A stretch of 64,000 bases of DNA, from contig JAQGDQ010000366.1 in NCBI GenBank assembly GCA_030141605.1, positions 1 to 64,000 of the forward strand, in the 5' to 3' direction. Below are positions 13,447 to 25,987 of this stretch, piece after piece. Every line of letters starts with the position of its first letter. The first letter of the stretch is position 1. Under the pieces are notes generated by a model, which was not told the DNA's origin, made no database searches, and saw nothing but the letters and a program-made list of their open reading frames with translations. The stretch comes from Tubiluchus corallicola. Lineage: Eukaryota > Animalia > Priapulida. The position numbers were made by a program, and so were the translations under genes.

Positions 13447-14080
13447 CCTGTGTCTTTTTTCCTGTGGTTTTTTTCCGTGACCTTTCCTGAGATTTCTTTT
13501 GTGACTTTTTTACCTGCGACTTTTTTACGTGTGATTTTTTCCTGTGACTTTTTTCCTGTGTCTTTTTCCTGTGACTTTTTCTGTGACTTTTTACCTGTGT
13601 CTTTTTCCTGTGATTTTTTCTGACTTTTTACCTGTGTCTTTTTTCGTGTGATTTTTTCTGTGACTTTTTTCTGTGATTTTTTACCTGTGTCTTTTTTCCT
13701 GTGATTTTTTCCGTGATTTTTTTCTGTGACTTTCTTACCTGTCCTTTTTCCTGTGATTTTTTCCGTGATTTTTTTCTGTGACTTTCTTACCTGTCTTTTT
13801 TTTCTGTGATTTTTTTCTGTGCCTTTTTTGCCTATGTCTTTTTTTCTGTGTTTTTTCTGTGACTTTTTTCTGTGACTTTTTTACCTGTCTTTTTTTCTGT
13901 GATTTTTTCTGTGACTTTCTTACCTGTCTTTTTTCTGTGATTTTTTTTCTGTGACTTTTTTCTGTGACTTTCTTACCTGTCTTTTTTTCTGTGATTTTTT
14001 TCTGTGACTTTTTTTACCTGTGATTTTTTTCTGTGACTTTTTAATCTGTGACTTTTTCCTGTGACTTTTTTACCTGGATT
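13447..14080. repeat. Degenerate ~13-14-bp T-rich tandem repeat (ctgtgactttttt)
   Basis: Directly visible; flanked by imperfect ~38-bp direct repeats ending ttcctc(g/c)gtggagatc. Confidence 0.9.
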
Positions 14081-14330
14081 CCATCGAGTTTATTAACAAG
14101 TTTTTCCTCCGTGGAGATCATCTTGTTAGGCCTACTTCGGTTTCAAATCGTCACGTTGTTTTGACAGTTTTTTAACGGGTTTCCTCATTGAGCATAAGTA
14201 AAGCACTTGCATTTTATGGGGTGAGGTGGCCAGTCATAGAGTCACATTTAATTTTGGCTAGGGTTAGCGTTACAGGAAAAGTGTCACAATTTAGCCTAGG
14301 AAAAAAGTCAAGAAAAAATTAACTAATTAA

Positions 14331-14967
14331 CCCTTATAGGGTCACGATTTTTTACAACCGATTTTGGTAACCGGGGGGTAAAAAAATCACCCCTCCCCCA
14401 CCATAATTCGTAAATTACTTTTGATAAACTGCCGTGTTTCATTAGTAAACAGCAACAGCATAATTTGTGGTTATGCTGACCACCATGGGATACATTATAC
14501 CTCTGCTTCAAACATGTGACTTATTAGTAATATGAAATTTAAATTCACTTAGTTATGTTCCTATCTATCTATCTAGCACTTATCTATGCTGGAATAAATG
14601 TAGACAACCGACATTGCTAGCGCGTGTGAAAAAATCATTGTTATTAAGAATTTATTGTCTACTACTTTCTTCTTTTAGGTGGAGTAATTTGAGTAATTGA
14701 CATTTCGTTTTTTCAGATATATCGCCCGTATAAAGTATAGACAAGCGAAGTAAAATTTCGACAATTTTAAAAAAAATCGACATATTATATTTTCACTTTT
14801 ATTTCGTGGTGAGACAATGCGCCTAAAATAAATAACTGAAAGTATTTTGTGCACAAAACACATTTTAAAAAGTCATAGAAAAGTCATGGGATGCGTATGG
14901 TAAAAGGGTAAAATGCAAAAAACCGGTCTGGGGGTAATTTTTTTTACCCCCTGTGACCCTATAAGGG
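14331..14967. mobile_element. Non-autonomous piggyBac-like MITE
   Basis: Perfect TIR CCCTTATAGGGTCAC...GTGACCCTATAAGGG, TTAA target duplication on both sides, and subterminal inverted repeats. Confidence 0.88.
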
Positions 14968-16311
14968 TTAAAAGTCCACTGACACCCTGGTAAGACACTT
15001 GCTGTAAAAATTCACTACTGACTGGCATGATACAAAAAACGGATTTATTTCTTTATAAATAAATAAAGAATATTGAAAGAAACGTTTTATTAGTAGATAA
15101 ATCATTACTCAAGCAATAACCTCTCTGTTCACAATGCTCTGCTTGCTGGGGCCGCTGGTTGACTACTGTGCTGCGGCTATTAAATGGCTCTTCCTTACGT
15201 GACGTCACAGCACCAAGTGTCTTGGCAGGTGATAATATTTGTGACAGTACCAACGGTGGTTAATTTAAGTTACCATATCACATGCATCAGAACTGTTTTA
15301 AAATTAGGAAATCTCTAATTCCACCTACGCTATAAAAGAAAGTAACATAAAAAACAGTGTGATGGGACCTTTACTTTTGGCTAGTGGGCTTATAAATGCG
15401 CCTGACTGTTGTGCGCGCATTAAGCTTTTTAAGTCGAATGCTGCACCGTGCTGCCATCTGGCAACGAAAATCATACGAAAACAATTTACGCTGCCTTTTA
15501 AGGGTGTGATTATGGTTAGGACCTAGGGTTATGATTATTTCTTATTTTCCTGTGACTTTTTGCGTAGAATCCTGGCCATGAATACTACTGTATCTTGCTA
15601 GTACAATCCACCAGGCTCTGGCAATCGAGTATGAAACAGATTGATAAGACTGTAGTGACTGTACAACTAACGAGATATGAGACCACCAACGTACACAGCG
15701 TCTGTCGTCATTTTGCGTAGTTATGGCACCCGGTTTGATGGCGACCACGCGAACATAGGTCCGTCCTGTCACTGTGTGATGTGTGCGTTGGTGTCAAGCA
15801 AAAGCCTGTGTTGATTTTCTGCCTGTACGTACTTGTAGACATCGTTGTGCTAAAAGTATCGAGCTATTATTCGCATTTTACCGGTTTTTTTTTATAAAGT
15901 GAACATTCTAGAAGAATAAGAAAGATTGTTGCGTTTTAATGTGTAACTGCTAGCTTTCCTGAAAAGTTCCACAAGTTTCTTACAGAGAAAGACACACCTC
16001 GTTCTTATTGATTGTTTCGACGTTTTATTGACTATAGGTCTATAATTTTGCTAAGCAATACTCTCTTACCGTTTCCATGTTTGCTGTGATTTTTCAAATA
16101 CGTGTATTATGGGTGTTACAGTTGTGGGTAAAGTACAGGTACAGATGATTCATAGTTGCGTGTGTTAGGAATGCAGTTGCAGGCAAAACACGTGGAAAGT
16201 TGTTTTGGATGAGCAAGTGTTATGTTGTGTTGTTGGGTGTTCTTATGTGTGGTGGGTTTAGAATTGATTTGTATCTCACACGTGAAGGGTATGATCGTCC
16301 CGAGCAAGCCC

Positions 16312-16480
16312 GGTGGTATTAGTAGTAGTGGTAGTAGTATTAGTATTCGTTGTGGTATTGGTATTGATAGTCGGATTGGTAGTGGTAGTGATAGTGGGAG
16401 TAGTAGTGGCAGTGGTAATGGTATTATTATTGGCAGTAGTAGTAGTAGTTGTTGTAGTTGTAGTAGTAGTAGCAGTGGTA

Positions 16481-16538
<58 letters not shown>

Positions 16539-16792
16539 CAGTAGCAGTGGTAGTGGTGGTAGTAGTAGTAGTGGCAGTGGTAGTAGTAATAGTAGTAGTA
16601 GTGGTAGTGATAGTGGGAGTAGTAGTGGCAGTGGTAGTAGTTGTACTAGTAGTAGTAGCAGCAGTAGCAGTGGTAGTGGTGGTAGTAGTAGTAGTGGTGG
16701 TGGTGGTGGTTAAGGTGGTGGTGCTGGTGGTGGTAGTAGTACTCGTAGTGGTAGTGGTAGCAGTAGTGGCAGCAGCAGCGGCAGCAGCAGCA
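16312..16792. repeat. (AGT/GGT/GCA)n trinucleotide low-complexity tract
   Basis: Directly visible. Confidence 0.95.
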
Positions 16793-17471
16793 GGCCTTTC
16801 GTCGACTCAATTAGTAGGCTTATAATGAAGTTGTGAATGCATATTTAATGTGATTTTTCAAATCTTACCCTATTTAGAAAGCAAAAGTTTACAATTTAAC
16901 ACCCTTCATAATGTCAAAATGTATTAAGTAACAGATTAACAAACACTTATTAACAGTGGGTGTGCCCAACTATTGATGACATCGCAAGTGAACAAAATTT
17001 TCAACAGCACAAAAATTCCACGAGTGTGTTGCACGTGTTTACGAAACCAAAATTGAAGTACACTGCTACTGTAAGATATTCAGTGTGTTGTACTAGAACT
17101 AAGCAATTTTTAAGATCAAAATTCAAATTTACTGCTATACTCATGCGTGAGCTCTCAAATGTGTGCGCTGTGTCACAACTGAACACCTTTTAAATTAGAG
17201 GTGGAGTACCTGTTTCTTTTCAGAGCGTCAGAGCACTAGACGTAGGCCCTGTTGTTCATCTGACTAGGGAATTGCAAAATGCATGTAACAGCGAAGAATT
17301 AACTGCAAGGAAAATACAGAAAAAGTACCATTTTTAGGGCTTTTTTCTTCTATTACGTCAAAATCCGTTAAACATGAACAATCGGACTCAGTTTATTCTT
17401 TATTTTTCAGTCCGGTTGGCGTGTCGATAAATAACCAACAGTTGAGAGTCCTTTGACCAGGCAGTGTGACA

Positions 17472-17862
17472 ATGCAGGCGTATTCTAGAGGTTTTGATGA
17501 CCACCGGCCTTCCAGCTACGGCCACGGCATGCCGTCGTCATCGTACGGGACGCAAAATCCTCTGTATGATGAACGAAGCTCAAGTTATTATCCTGAGCCT
17601 AACCAGTGGAACAGCAGTTATAACAGCATGCCGCGTCCGTCCTACGATGACCGACGTCCGTCTGGAAGATACGACCGAAGCCAGTCGAACAGCACGAGAA
17701 ATTATTCAGACTACGGACGAGGAAGCTCACGAATGGACGATGACCAGCATAGCCTGGCTTCGCGGCCACAACAAATGGGTTATAGTCAGTACAATGGACA
17801 TGGGGACCCACGAAATTCTTATATGGAGTTTGACACCAACGATTACAGGCCAATGTCTGATG
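17472..17862 (+). CDS. EPS8: EPS8-like coding exon 1 (S/Y/G/R/D-rich N-terminus; exon starts at 17411)
   Basis: Acceptor tatttttcag at 17410, ATG at 17472, donor G|gtagga (phase 1) joins in frame to 19969. Confidence 0.8.
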
Positions 17863-18949
17863 GTAGGATAAATATGTAAAATTTTAGTTCGTTTTAAAGC
17901 ACAAGAAAACCCTCCACTTACATAAAGCTTAAAAATTTGTCTTAAAATTTTATACCACACTGCCTTTTTGCATGCAGCGCTTGTGTCGGCAGTATTGCTG
18001 TTTAAAACTTGTAAACTTAAACTTCCACAATAGCTATTAGGCGCAGCCATTTTAATGGTCGGTCATTTGAAACACTAATAATTGCTGAATTTATTCACTG
18101 AGCTGCCACAGTAGCTTAGTAAGCATGGTATTTGTTTAGTAGCAAAAGTTAGGCAATGCTAAACCTGGTTGAGAAATGGATGGGATCCTTTTTGAGCAAT
18201 TTCACACGTTGTGCTGCCTTCACCTAGTTTTCTCATTGAAACAAGCTGTAAATGTGACTCCGGCACCTCTACTGGTTCAGCATCTCAACAAAAAGGATTA
18301 TCCTTGATAAAGAAATAAGTTTTGCCCTGTCACAATGGCCGACCTTAGGTAGGCTGCATCTTTGAACGTCAACTGGCCGTCAAATGGGTAGAGTCCAGAG
18401 CCGCGCCCACTTCAGCAGTCGACCTAGCCGATAAGAAACCCAACTTTTCGTCGTGCAAGCCACTCAGTGATCGGAGTCGAGCTGGCCGACATTTTTGCTG
18501 GCTGATGAAGATTTTCGCTCTTGCGATAATCACGTGACACTGTAAATCACTTGTTGAAACATGGCAAACGCATTGCGGATTCTCGGTCAGATTGTGCATA
18601 TTCTGGCACAGATACTAAACTTTAGAAATGTTTGAACGAGAAAGCAGTCAATTCAAAATCAAATACACATATTGGTAACATTAGTCGCACGTTTAGGATA
18701 ATTTGGTATTTTGGTCTTGATTCGTCACTAATCAAGATAAGCCTCGCCAAGAGTTGGATTTAAATTATATTTGCAATAAATCTATTGCTTTTTTATAATA
18801 ATAAAAAAATGATGTCTAATGCATTATTTGAATTTGTACATCAGTTTTTCTATGTGTATAAGCAACAGGAATTATTTTAAAAAAATGTCTCCATAATTCA
18901 GCAGTTAACTAATAATTTATTATTTATTTAGTTAACAAAAATTCGTAGC

Positions 18950-19800
18950 CTTAACTGACTTAGCTGATTTATTCTTTAAGCCAACTCAACTGAAAAGTCA
19001 GTCAACTTCAGCCGAGCTAGCTGATTTACTATGTGAGTCAGCTGATATAGTAGCAACTGACTCAACTTCAGCCGAGCTAGCTGATTTACTGCGTGAGTCA
19101 GCTGATGTAATAGCAACTGACTCAGCTTCAGCTGAGCTAGCTGATTTACTGCGTGAGTCAGCTGATGTAGTAGCAACTGACTCAGCTTCAGCCAAGCTAG
19201 CTGATTTACTGTGTGAGTCAGCTGATGTAGTAGCAACTGACTCAGCTTCTACCAAGCTAGATGATTTACTGTGTGAGTCAGCTGATGTAGTAGCAACTGA
19301 CTCAGGCTTCAGCAGAGCTAGCTGACTTACTATGTGAGTCAGCTGATGTAGTAGCAACTGACTCAGGCTTCAGCAGAGCTAGCTGATTTACTGTGTGAGT
19401 CAGCTGATGTAGTAGCAACTGACTCAGGCTTCAGCAGAGCTAGCTGACTTACTATGTGAGTCAGCTGATGTAGTAGCAACTGACTCAGCTTCTACCAAGC
19501 TAGATGATTTACTGTGTGAGTCAGCTGATGTAGTAGCAACTGACTCAGGCTTCAGCAGAGCTAGCTGACTTACTATGTGAGTCAGCTGATGTAGTAGCAA
19601 CTGACTCAGGCTTCAGCAGAGCTAGCTGATTTACTGTGTGAGTCAGCTGATGTAGTAGCAACTGACTCAGGCTTCAGCAGAGCTAGCTGATTTACTGTGT
19701 GAGTCAGCTGATGTAGTAGCAACTGACTCAGGCTTCAGCAGAGCTAGCTGACTTACTATGTGAGTCAGCTGATGTAGTAGCAACTGACTCAGCTTCAGCT
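18950..19800. repeat. 60/61-bp minisatellite, ~13-14 copies, each with two AP-1 consensus sites
   Basis: Unit contains TGAGTCA-gctgatgtagtagcaac-TGACTCA. Confidence 0.95.
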
Positions 19801-19968
19801 TCTATTAATAATATGTCTACAACTATTATTGTATTAATACAATAATTGTATAGTTCTCTACAACTATAGTATTGGATTAATTATTGAAACTCTCATTGGT
19901 GCTATGGCAGAAAAATCGCAATAAAGATCTTCCCAAAAGGGATCCTAAATTGATTTTTTTTTTTTCAG

Positions 19969-20055
19969 ATGGCAGAAGCACCTACAGTAGAGAGGACAGC
20001 CGAATAACGTTCACCTTGGATCACTTGGCAACGTTTACTGCAACACAGAAACAAT
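19969..20055 (+). CDS. EPS8: EPS8-like coding exon 2 (start of PTB domain)
   Basis: (D)GRSTYSREDSRITFTLDHLATFTATQKQ resembles EPS8 'VEHLTTF'; ttttcag and gtaagt sites. Confidence 0.9.
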
Positions 20056-20059
20056 GTAA

Positions 20060-21160
20060 GTATCAAAAACAAAATACATTCTGTTTAGATCCCGAAATAA
20101 ACCAATTCAGGCGAACCACGATTTAATAATAGACCATAAAAGAATTACACGTGTAAAAGAACTGAAATTTCTGGGATTAATACTGAATGAGCATCTAGAC
20201 TGGCGACCACATATATTCATGATCAGATTAAAAATATCAAAAAATATAGGTATCATCTCATATATTAAAAACTTTCTGAACACCGAACATCTTCTAACAT
20301 TATACAACAGTTTAATATTATCATATTTAAATTACTGCACAACATTATGGGGCTTTACTTATACTACAAATTTAGAATGCTTAAGAGTTTTACAACGAAA
20401 ATTTTTACGTGTCATCTTCAAACTAGACAAAAGGAGCACAATTACTACTACACATTTTAAGCAATGTCAAATATTACTTCTGGATGATGTTATTAATTTT
20501 AATGGATGTATATACATGTATAGAACCAACAACAACTTATTTCCAACTTTTTTTGAAAATCCAGTCAAGATAAATGTAAAAAATTACAATACCAGACATA
20601 ATGAATATATACCAAGACGTTGTAGAACAAATATGGCGAAACACTTCATCAGCTATATGGGGCCAGTCCTATGGAACTGACTAAGCCGCAATTCGAAATG
20701 TAGTCACTCCCTTTTAACTTTTAAAAAAACCGTCAGAAAAGAAATATTTCAAAAGTATTGAAGAGTAACACAATTTGATAATGGTAATAACCTGCATTTT
20801 TTGCTACAGTAATCTTAATATAACGTGACTATGTTTAACAGGATACTGAACACTTTGTAACCATGATCACAGTTTTTCTTAGTTTCTCGCTCCATTTCAT
20901 CTTTCATTCACTACTCCCCCCCCCCATTTTTTTTAAGATTTCCACATACAGTTTGGCCTGTCAAGCTATGCTTTTAGGCTCAAACTGTATGCATCAAAAA
21001 ATTATTCTGTAATGAAATTTGCACATGTATATCCCGCATTATGAAATTTCTTAATAATATTGCATTTATTCATATTTATATTTATATTTACTCAAATGGA
21101 AAATTATCTGTATTTTAATGCTAATTGTAATGATGCAATGTGGAAAATGAATAAAACTCT
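20060..21160 (+). mobile_element. 5'-truncated CR1/L2-clade LINE (RT C-terminus plus 3' UTR), defective
   Basis: LKFLGLILNEHLDWRPHI...KISKNIGII...LYNSLILSYLNYC..WG...YMGPVLWN*; premature stop at 20678; AATAAA near 21150. Confidence 0.85.
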
Positions 21161-21174
21161 TGATCAAAGAAATA

Positions 21175-21687
21175 CAGTCATACCTCCGTTGTCGAACGTC
21201 TCCGTACTCGTACAATTCGGTTTTTTGAGTAGAAAATTCGAGCCGAAATTGTCTCCGCTCTCGACCAGAATTTCATTACTCGACCAACTGCCAAACATGT
21301 GATGAATGCATGCGCGGTGAGCCGAGTAGAGCCGAGCGTAACCGCACCCTAGAGTAGTCACGCACAAGATTTGAAACGCCTAACATCGCTAAGTGCTTTC
21401 TACGCTTATTTTTCTACGTTTTTTTCAAGCAGGAATAATTATGTTTTTCTTTCTAAGTAATCCTACTATGCTTTTCTTATCAATTATATCATATCTACAT
21501 GTTTGAATAAACGTTTTTGTGTTATTATATTTTGTTTTAGTAATACTTTACAGTTCATTTGGTACTTGAGAACGGATTATTTGCTTTTACATTATTTCTT
21601 ATGGGAATAAATGATTCAGTACTCAACCAAATCGGTTTTCAAACACTTTTTAGGAACGAATTATGGTCGAAAACAGCGGTACTACTG
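21175..21687. mobile_element. Tigger/pogo-like MITE
   Basis: TA|cagtcatacctccgttgtcgaac...gtcgaaaacagcggtactactg|TA: imperfect TIR with TA duplication. Confidence 0.7.
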
Positions 21688-21948
21688 TAGTACAAAAAAA
21701 CTACAGCAAACTATGTATAACTGGAACACTTCGAGACGGGAACATTTGTTTGAGTTACGCGAGGGTACAAGTTAGACAACAAGATTCAGTCGCTCATCAA
21801 CGTCGAACGTACACAACAGCCTGTGAAAATGAGTTATCGAAAATAAAATGACTGATCCACCTCTACTGTAGTCTGAATGACATTTTTAGGCCTATTACAC
21901 AAGTTAAAGATTTTGTTATTTAGCTAGGGAGATCACAGATGTCACCAC

Positions 21949-23002
21949 CAGTGGTGGCTCGTGTATAGGTACTGTGGAACTGCAGCACCCCCTATTTTCA
22001 CTCAATATTATCACTATTATTCAGTATAATACAGTGTTCCCTGGCGGTTTGTTTATTGCGGACTCGCTGTTTCGCGGGTTTTCAAAATATTAAAGTGAAA
22101 TATTTATCTCGGTATTTTCGCTGTTTCGTGGGTTTTTGCGCTACTCCGTCAAAAGCATTTTTGCACATACGTAGTACGTATTGTACAGTAATGTATAGAT
22201 TTGATGAATTTTGCATAAAAAATCTCAAAACGTATAAAAATATATTAAAAATATTAATTCTAACATTAAAAGAATATTATAAATCATAAAAAATTATCAT
22301 TTACAGTAAACAGTGTATTTATTCGGCGGATGAATACACACCAAAAACGAAATGTGGTACTTGCGCCCGCTTGAGATGCTACTTGCCGACGTGAGATTGT
22401 AGACAACACACGATTGGTTGATTGATGGAAAGTTATTAAGGGAATGGGAAAGGGTTACATGTAAGAGTGTAGGGAGGGTGTATAAGGACTTAAAATAATG
22501 TATAACTACTAAAATATGTATAGTGTCCCTACTTTGCGGAAATTCCGGAACGGAACACTGTAAATCTTTTTTCTTTTTGGAACACGAGGGTAGTCGTGTT
22601 CGCTTCACAGCCCAGCACAACGTCTTTGTGTTGTTTGGCTGTTGTTACCATCCGGCTATTCGCATACATCTGAGATGACACACTGTATGCTGCACTGCTA
22701 GCATCTGTCTCTAGGTAGAAAAAGTACTATCGCTCACACAGTTTGTTGTCAGTTGCCACGTGCTTACCGTGAACGTATCAAGCTTGAGCTGCGACAAGTT
22801 AGGCTATTAGTAAGCAAAAAATATTTTTCTTTAGTATTTTATAAAGTTTATGTATAAACTTTCCTATGTTTGTTTGTGTAAAATTACAGTTACAAATTAC
22901 AACACTAAAATTACGTATGTTTCATTTTACACAGTATTAAGACAATGGCTAAAAAATTTTAATTTTCAGCGCTCCCACTAATTTTAGTACGAGCCGCTAC
23001 TG
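21949..23002. mobile_element. hAT-like MITE with a nested Tigger-like MITE (22032-22560); related copy at 63135-63470
   Basis: TIR cagtggtggctcgt...acgagccgctactg with a degenerate 8-bp TSD; inner TA|cagtgttcc...ggaacactg|TA; interior 22720-22880 matches the reverse complement of 63250-63400. Confidence 0.7.
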
Positions 23003-23187
23003 GTCATTATCTATATATATAACTGACGTTTGAACAGTTCCATTGATAACTAGATCATTTTCTGACGCGGCACCCCCCCCCCCCTTAATTTTAGTTACGA
23101 GCTGCCACTGATAGTTTAGCAGTTAAATTACTCGACAAAATAAATCTAAACCATAGTACCTAAAAAGCGAATTGAATTGTATTGCAG

Positions 23188-23309
23188 CTTTGCCATCGCA
23201 AAGTCTGAACAAATTGAAGAAGATGGAGTCTGGGACCAGCGTGAGTGCACAAAGGATGCTTATGAAATTAGATAAGCATCATGTTCTGATATGCAAGCCT
23301 TCGAATGGG
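23188..23309 (+). CDS. EPS8: EPS8-like coding exon 3 (PTB)
   Basis: (S)LPSQSLNKLKKMESGTSVSAQRMLMKLDKHHVLICKPSNG; ttgcag and gtgagt sites; phases 1 to 0. Confidence 0.85.
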
Positions 23310-23565
23310 GTGAGTGCTCTAAAAAACTTTAATAACCTGTAATTAACTTAAATTTAACTTACATTTGAATTAAAATACAGTCACAGATCAAATGTCTGTC
23401 ATCTAAAACCATGCGCCACATCTAAACAGTTGCTCAGTGTAATTCTGCAGGGATGAGAATTTTCCGCGGATACGCGGAATTTAGTTGAACAGTAGTGTCA
23501 CAGATCAAATGTCTGTCATCTAAAACCATGCGCCACATCTAAACAGTTGCTCAGTGTAATTCTGC

Positions 23566-24072
23566 AGGGATGAGAATTTTCCGCGGATACGCGGAATTCC
23601 TAGTTTTTGGAAGACCAGTAGTGTCATTTTTGTAAATCGCAAAAATTTGTGGAGAAAATTTTTATGGACCCAGTACATTATTTCACAAGCTGACCGCTAG
23701 TTGGCAGGCCGTCACTTTGTTTACATCACGTACATCAGTGTAACCACGTGTATATCTCTATGTATAAAAATATAGAATCAATTGTGCGGAGTTATTTGAG
23801 TCAATTGCAGACAGTATTTATATACTTTTGCATAGGAGCGGCCAGTACTTAGGCATTTTTGAGAAAATTAGGTATCATGTATCCTTGATAGTTGGGTATT
23901 TTAAATTATGCATGAAACAAGGTAATTGATATTTTAAGTCCACTTAGAGGCTCTCTATGGTCACAAAATTGCAATTTGTTGCTGGCTCCCCTTGAACTGC
24001 ATTGGGGGCTAGGTGGCCCCAATACCCCCGGCCTGTTTCAGAGCTTTTTGCAATTTGTCATTCTCATCCCTG
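23566..24072. mobile_element. hAT-like MITE (TIR CAGGGATGAGAA); its left junction is tandemly duplicated (23380-23598)
   Basis: cagggatgagaa...ttctcatccctg; ~100-bp direct duplication visible. Confidence 0.6.
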
Positions 24073-24170
24073 AATAATGCATTAGAATATTGCATAAAAC
24101 CCGATTTTTCATTTTCCCTTGCTATTTGTCAATTTTAATTAGTATTTTGAATAATACTATAGCCATCAAT

Positions 24171-24544
24171 AAGCCCATTCGTTGTTTCGTTGTGTACACA
24201 TGCAAATGTTAAGTGTACCACATGAACGCGTGTAAACTACAACCGTCACATGACGTGTGTAAAGCAACGCCGTTTGTCACATCGGTTCATTAACTTTAGC
24301 TGTTTTTTCATGGACTTTACTTAATTATGCATTAGTCTGTGTGTAGAGTGATTTACTAGCAAGATCTTGCTTGAGAACAAGAAAAAATGTACTAGGTAAG
24401 GTTCTAGCTACCTGTTAAAACTGATACTATTACAACAGCTTGGGCTGTGAGGCTTTGTCAAGTGTACACAAATGCATTGTCTGGTGAACTTAACCTTTGA
24501 CCTTTTCACGATCATCATCAATCACTGGAATTGTGAAAAGGCTT
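24171..24544 (+). mobile_element. ~360-bp MITE family A (copies also at 158-513, 1459-1790, 4183-4505, 5426-5795, 40780-41140, 43434-43797)
   Basis: Shared core gcattagtctgtg...aacaagaaaaaatgaactaggtaaggttctagctag; short TIR aagccttttca...tgaaaaggctt (possibly Harbinger-type). Confidence 0.8.
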
Positions 24545-24568
24545 TGATTGCTCGTTTGCTTGCTTCAG

Positions 24569-24733
24569 AACGTGATGGAGAAATTCCCGTTGAACTTGAT
24601 AGAGAAGCCCGAGGCGTTTCTCGCTCGCGATCCGGACGAACCTCACAACAACATCTTGGTGTTCACGGTGCTAGGCGTGAAGAAGTTGAAGTCGCCAACG
24701 GAAATGCACATCTTTCGTTGCTTAGCCGTATCG
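24569..24733 (+). CDS. EPS8: EPS8-like coding exon 4 (PTB)
   Basis: NVMEKFPLNLIEKPEAF...NNILVFTV...PTEMHIFRCLAVS resembles EPS8 'LENFPLNTI...PDLHLFQC'. Confidence 0.92.
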
Positions 24734-24919
24734 GTGCGTAGTTGTATCGTACTCTTTGTTTATGTCGTTCGGGGGCGACGCTTGGCGGTGCGGGGCCCAT
24801 ATTAGGAAATTGTTACTGGCGCCCTCTACCATACAAAAGCTAAAGATTCATGTCTCATGTTTCGTGTTTTACTCCAGTCTCAGGCAAAAAGCATTGAATA
24901 CTTGAGGGTACACCATTAA

Positions 24920-25462
24920 AGGAAAACCGGACGATTGTGTAAACACGAGGTCAGAATAAAGAATGCTCTAAAATATTGAAAACTACAAAAGCTTTTTTTA
25001 AATCGAAGCTTAGATTAAATAATAATTACCTCGGATACTCAAATTTTGTTAAACTTTCAAAGCTACGCGCGGCTCAGTGAATCTACTAAGTTTGGCAACG
25101 TCAGCTTTTTGGCACATTCGCGTGGCCGACAAATAGAAGGCGGTAACGTGATAACCATGATCATGAACTGCAATGTTAGTTTCTGACGTCATATGACGTT
25201 GAGGCCATTTTCGTTACATCACACGTTTATAGAGTAACACTTACGCAAACGTGCTTTGACGCGCAGGGAAGATGCCTGCCACTGCACAAACTGTGGTTAG
25301 TTTCTGACGTAAGCAATAGCTGCGTTCGGTTGACGTTAATTAACTTTCTAAGCTAATTATTCAAATATAAGAAACAATTGCTAACATTTACAGGCCAGAA
25401 AATGTATATTTTGGGTAGTAAATTAAAATGAGATTGAATCTAAACAATCATCCGGTTTTCTT
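24920..25462 (+). mobile_element. Kolobok-like MITE family C (copies at 30107-30652, 44533-45198 reversed, 45690-45970, 62505-62795 reversed)
   Basis: TTAA|aggaaaaccggatgattgt...acaatcatccggttttcct|TTAA termini and a shared interior. Confidence 0.8.
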
Positions 25463-25794
25463 TTGAGCAAAATGAAATTTTGAGCAATACTAATTGAAAG
25501 TCCATATGAAAGTTTTAATGCTTAATTACAAGCCAAGATACTTACTGACATACTGTATGTGCATAGGACTTCTAAAAACAGACTTTTCTTGTCCGAGAAA
25601 TCTTTCTAAATCATTTCATAATCAATAGATCAATGTTTTCTATCGATAGCATCGCCAAATTGTTTAGTCTCGTGAAATTGTTGACCGTCGATATGTTTTA
25701 ATCTATGTTGAGGGTCTGAATGTCGTCCACAAATGAGCAAACTTAAAATCGAATGAGGATCTAACTAACTCACGTAGGTTACCCTGTTTTGCAG

Positions 25795-25903
25795 GGCCAG
25801 GAAATTGCCGATGAGCTGCTGAGGTTGAAAGCGGGTCGTCCTCTAAAAGGGGACAACTACAGGCTGGCGCCAATTCCTCCTCCGCCTGATGTGATGGCAA
25901 TGA
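25795..25903 (+). CDS. EPS8: EPS8-like coding exon 5 (PTB end plus Pro-rich stretch)
   Basis: GQEIADELLRLKAGRPLKGDNYRLAPIPPPPDVMAM; ttttgcag and gtaagt sites; phases 0 to 1. Confidence 0.85.
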
Positions 25904-25987
25904 GTAAGTGTTTGTGGTGTGTAAGCATCAATACTCATTTAATGTCGGTTGTTCTTTATACTTTCTTATACTGCAGACCCGAATGCA

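Noticed and set aside
16222-16825. Ser/Gly-rich and poly-Val ORFs
   Set aside because: Trinucleotide low-complexity DNA in the presumed first EPS8 intron.
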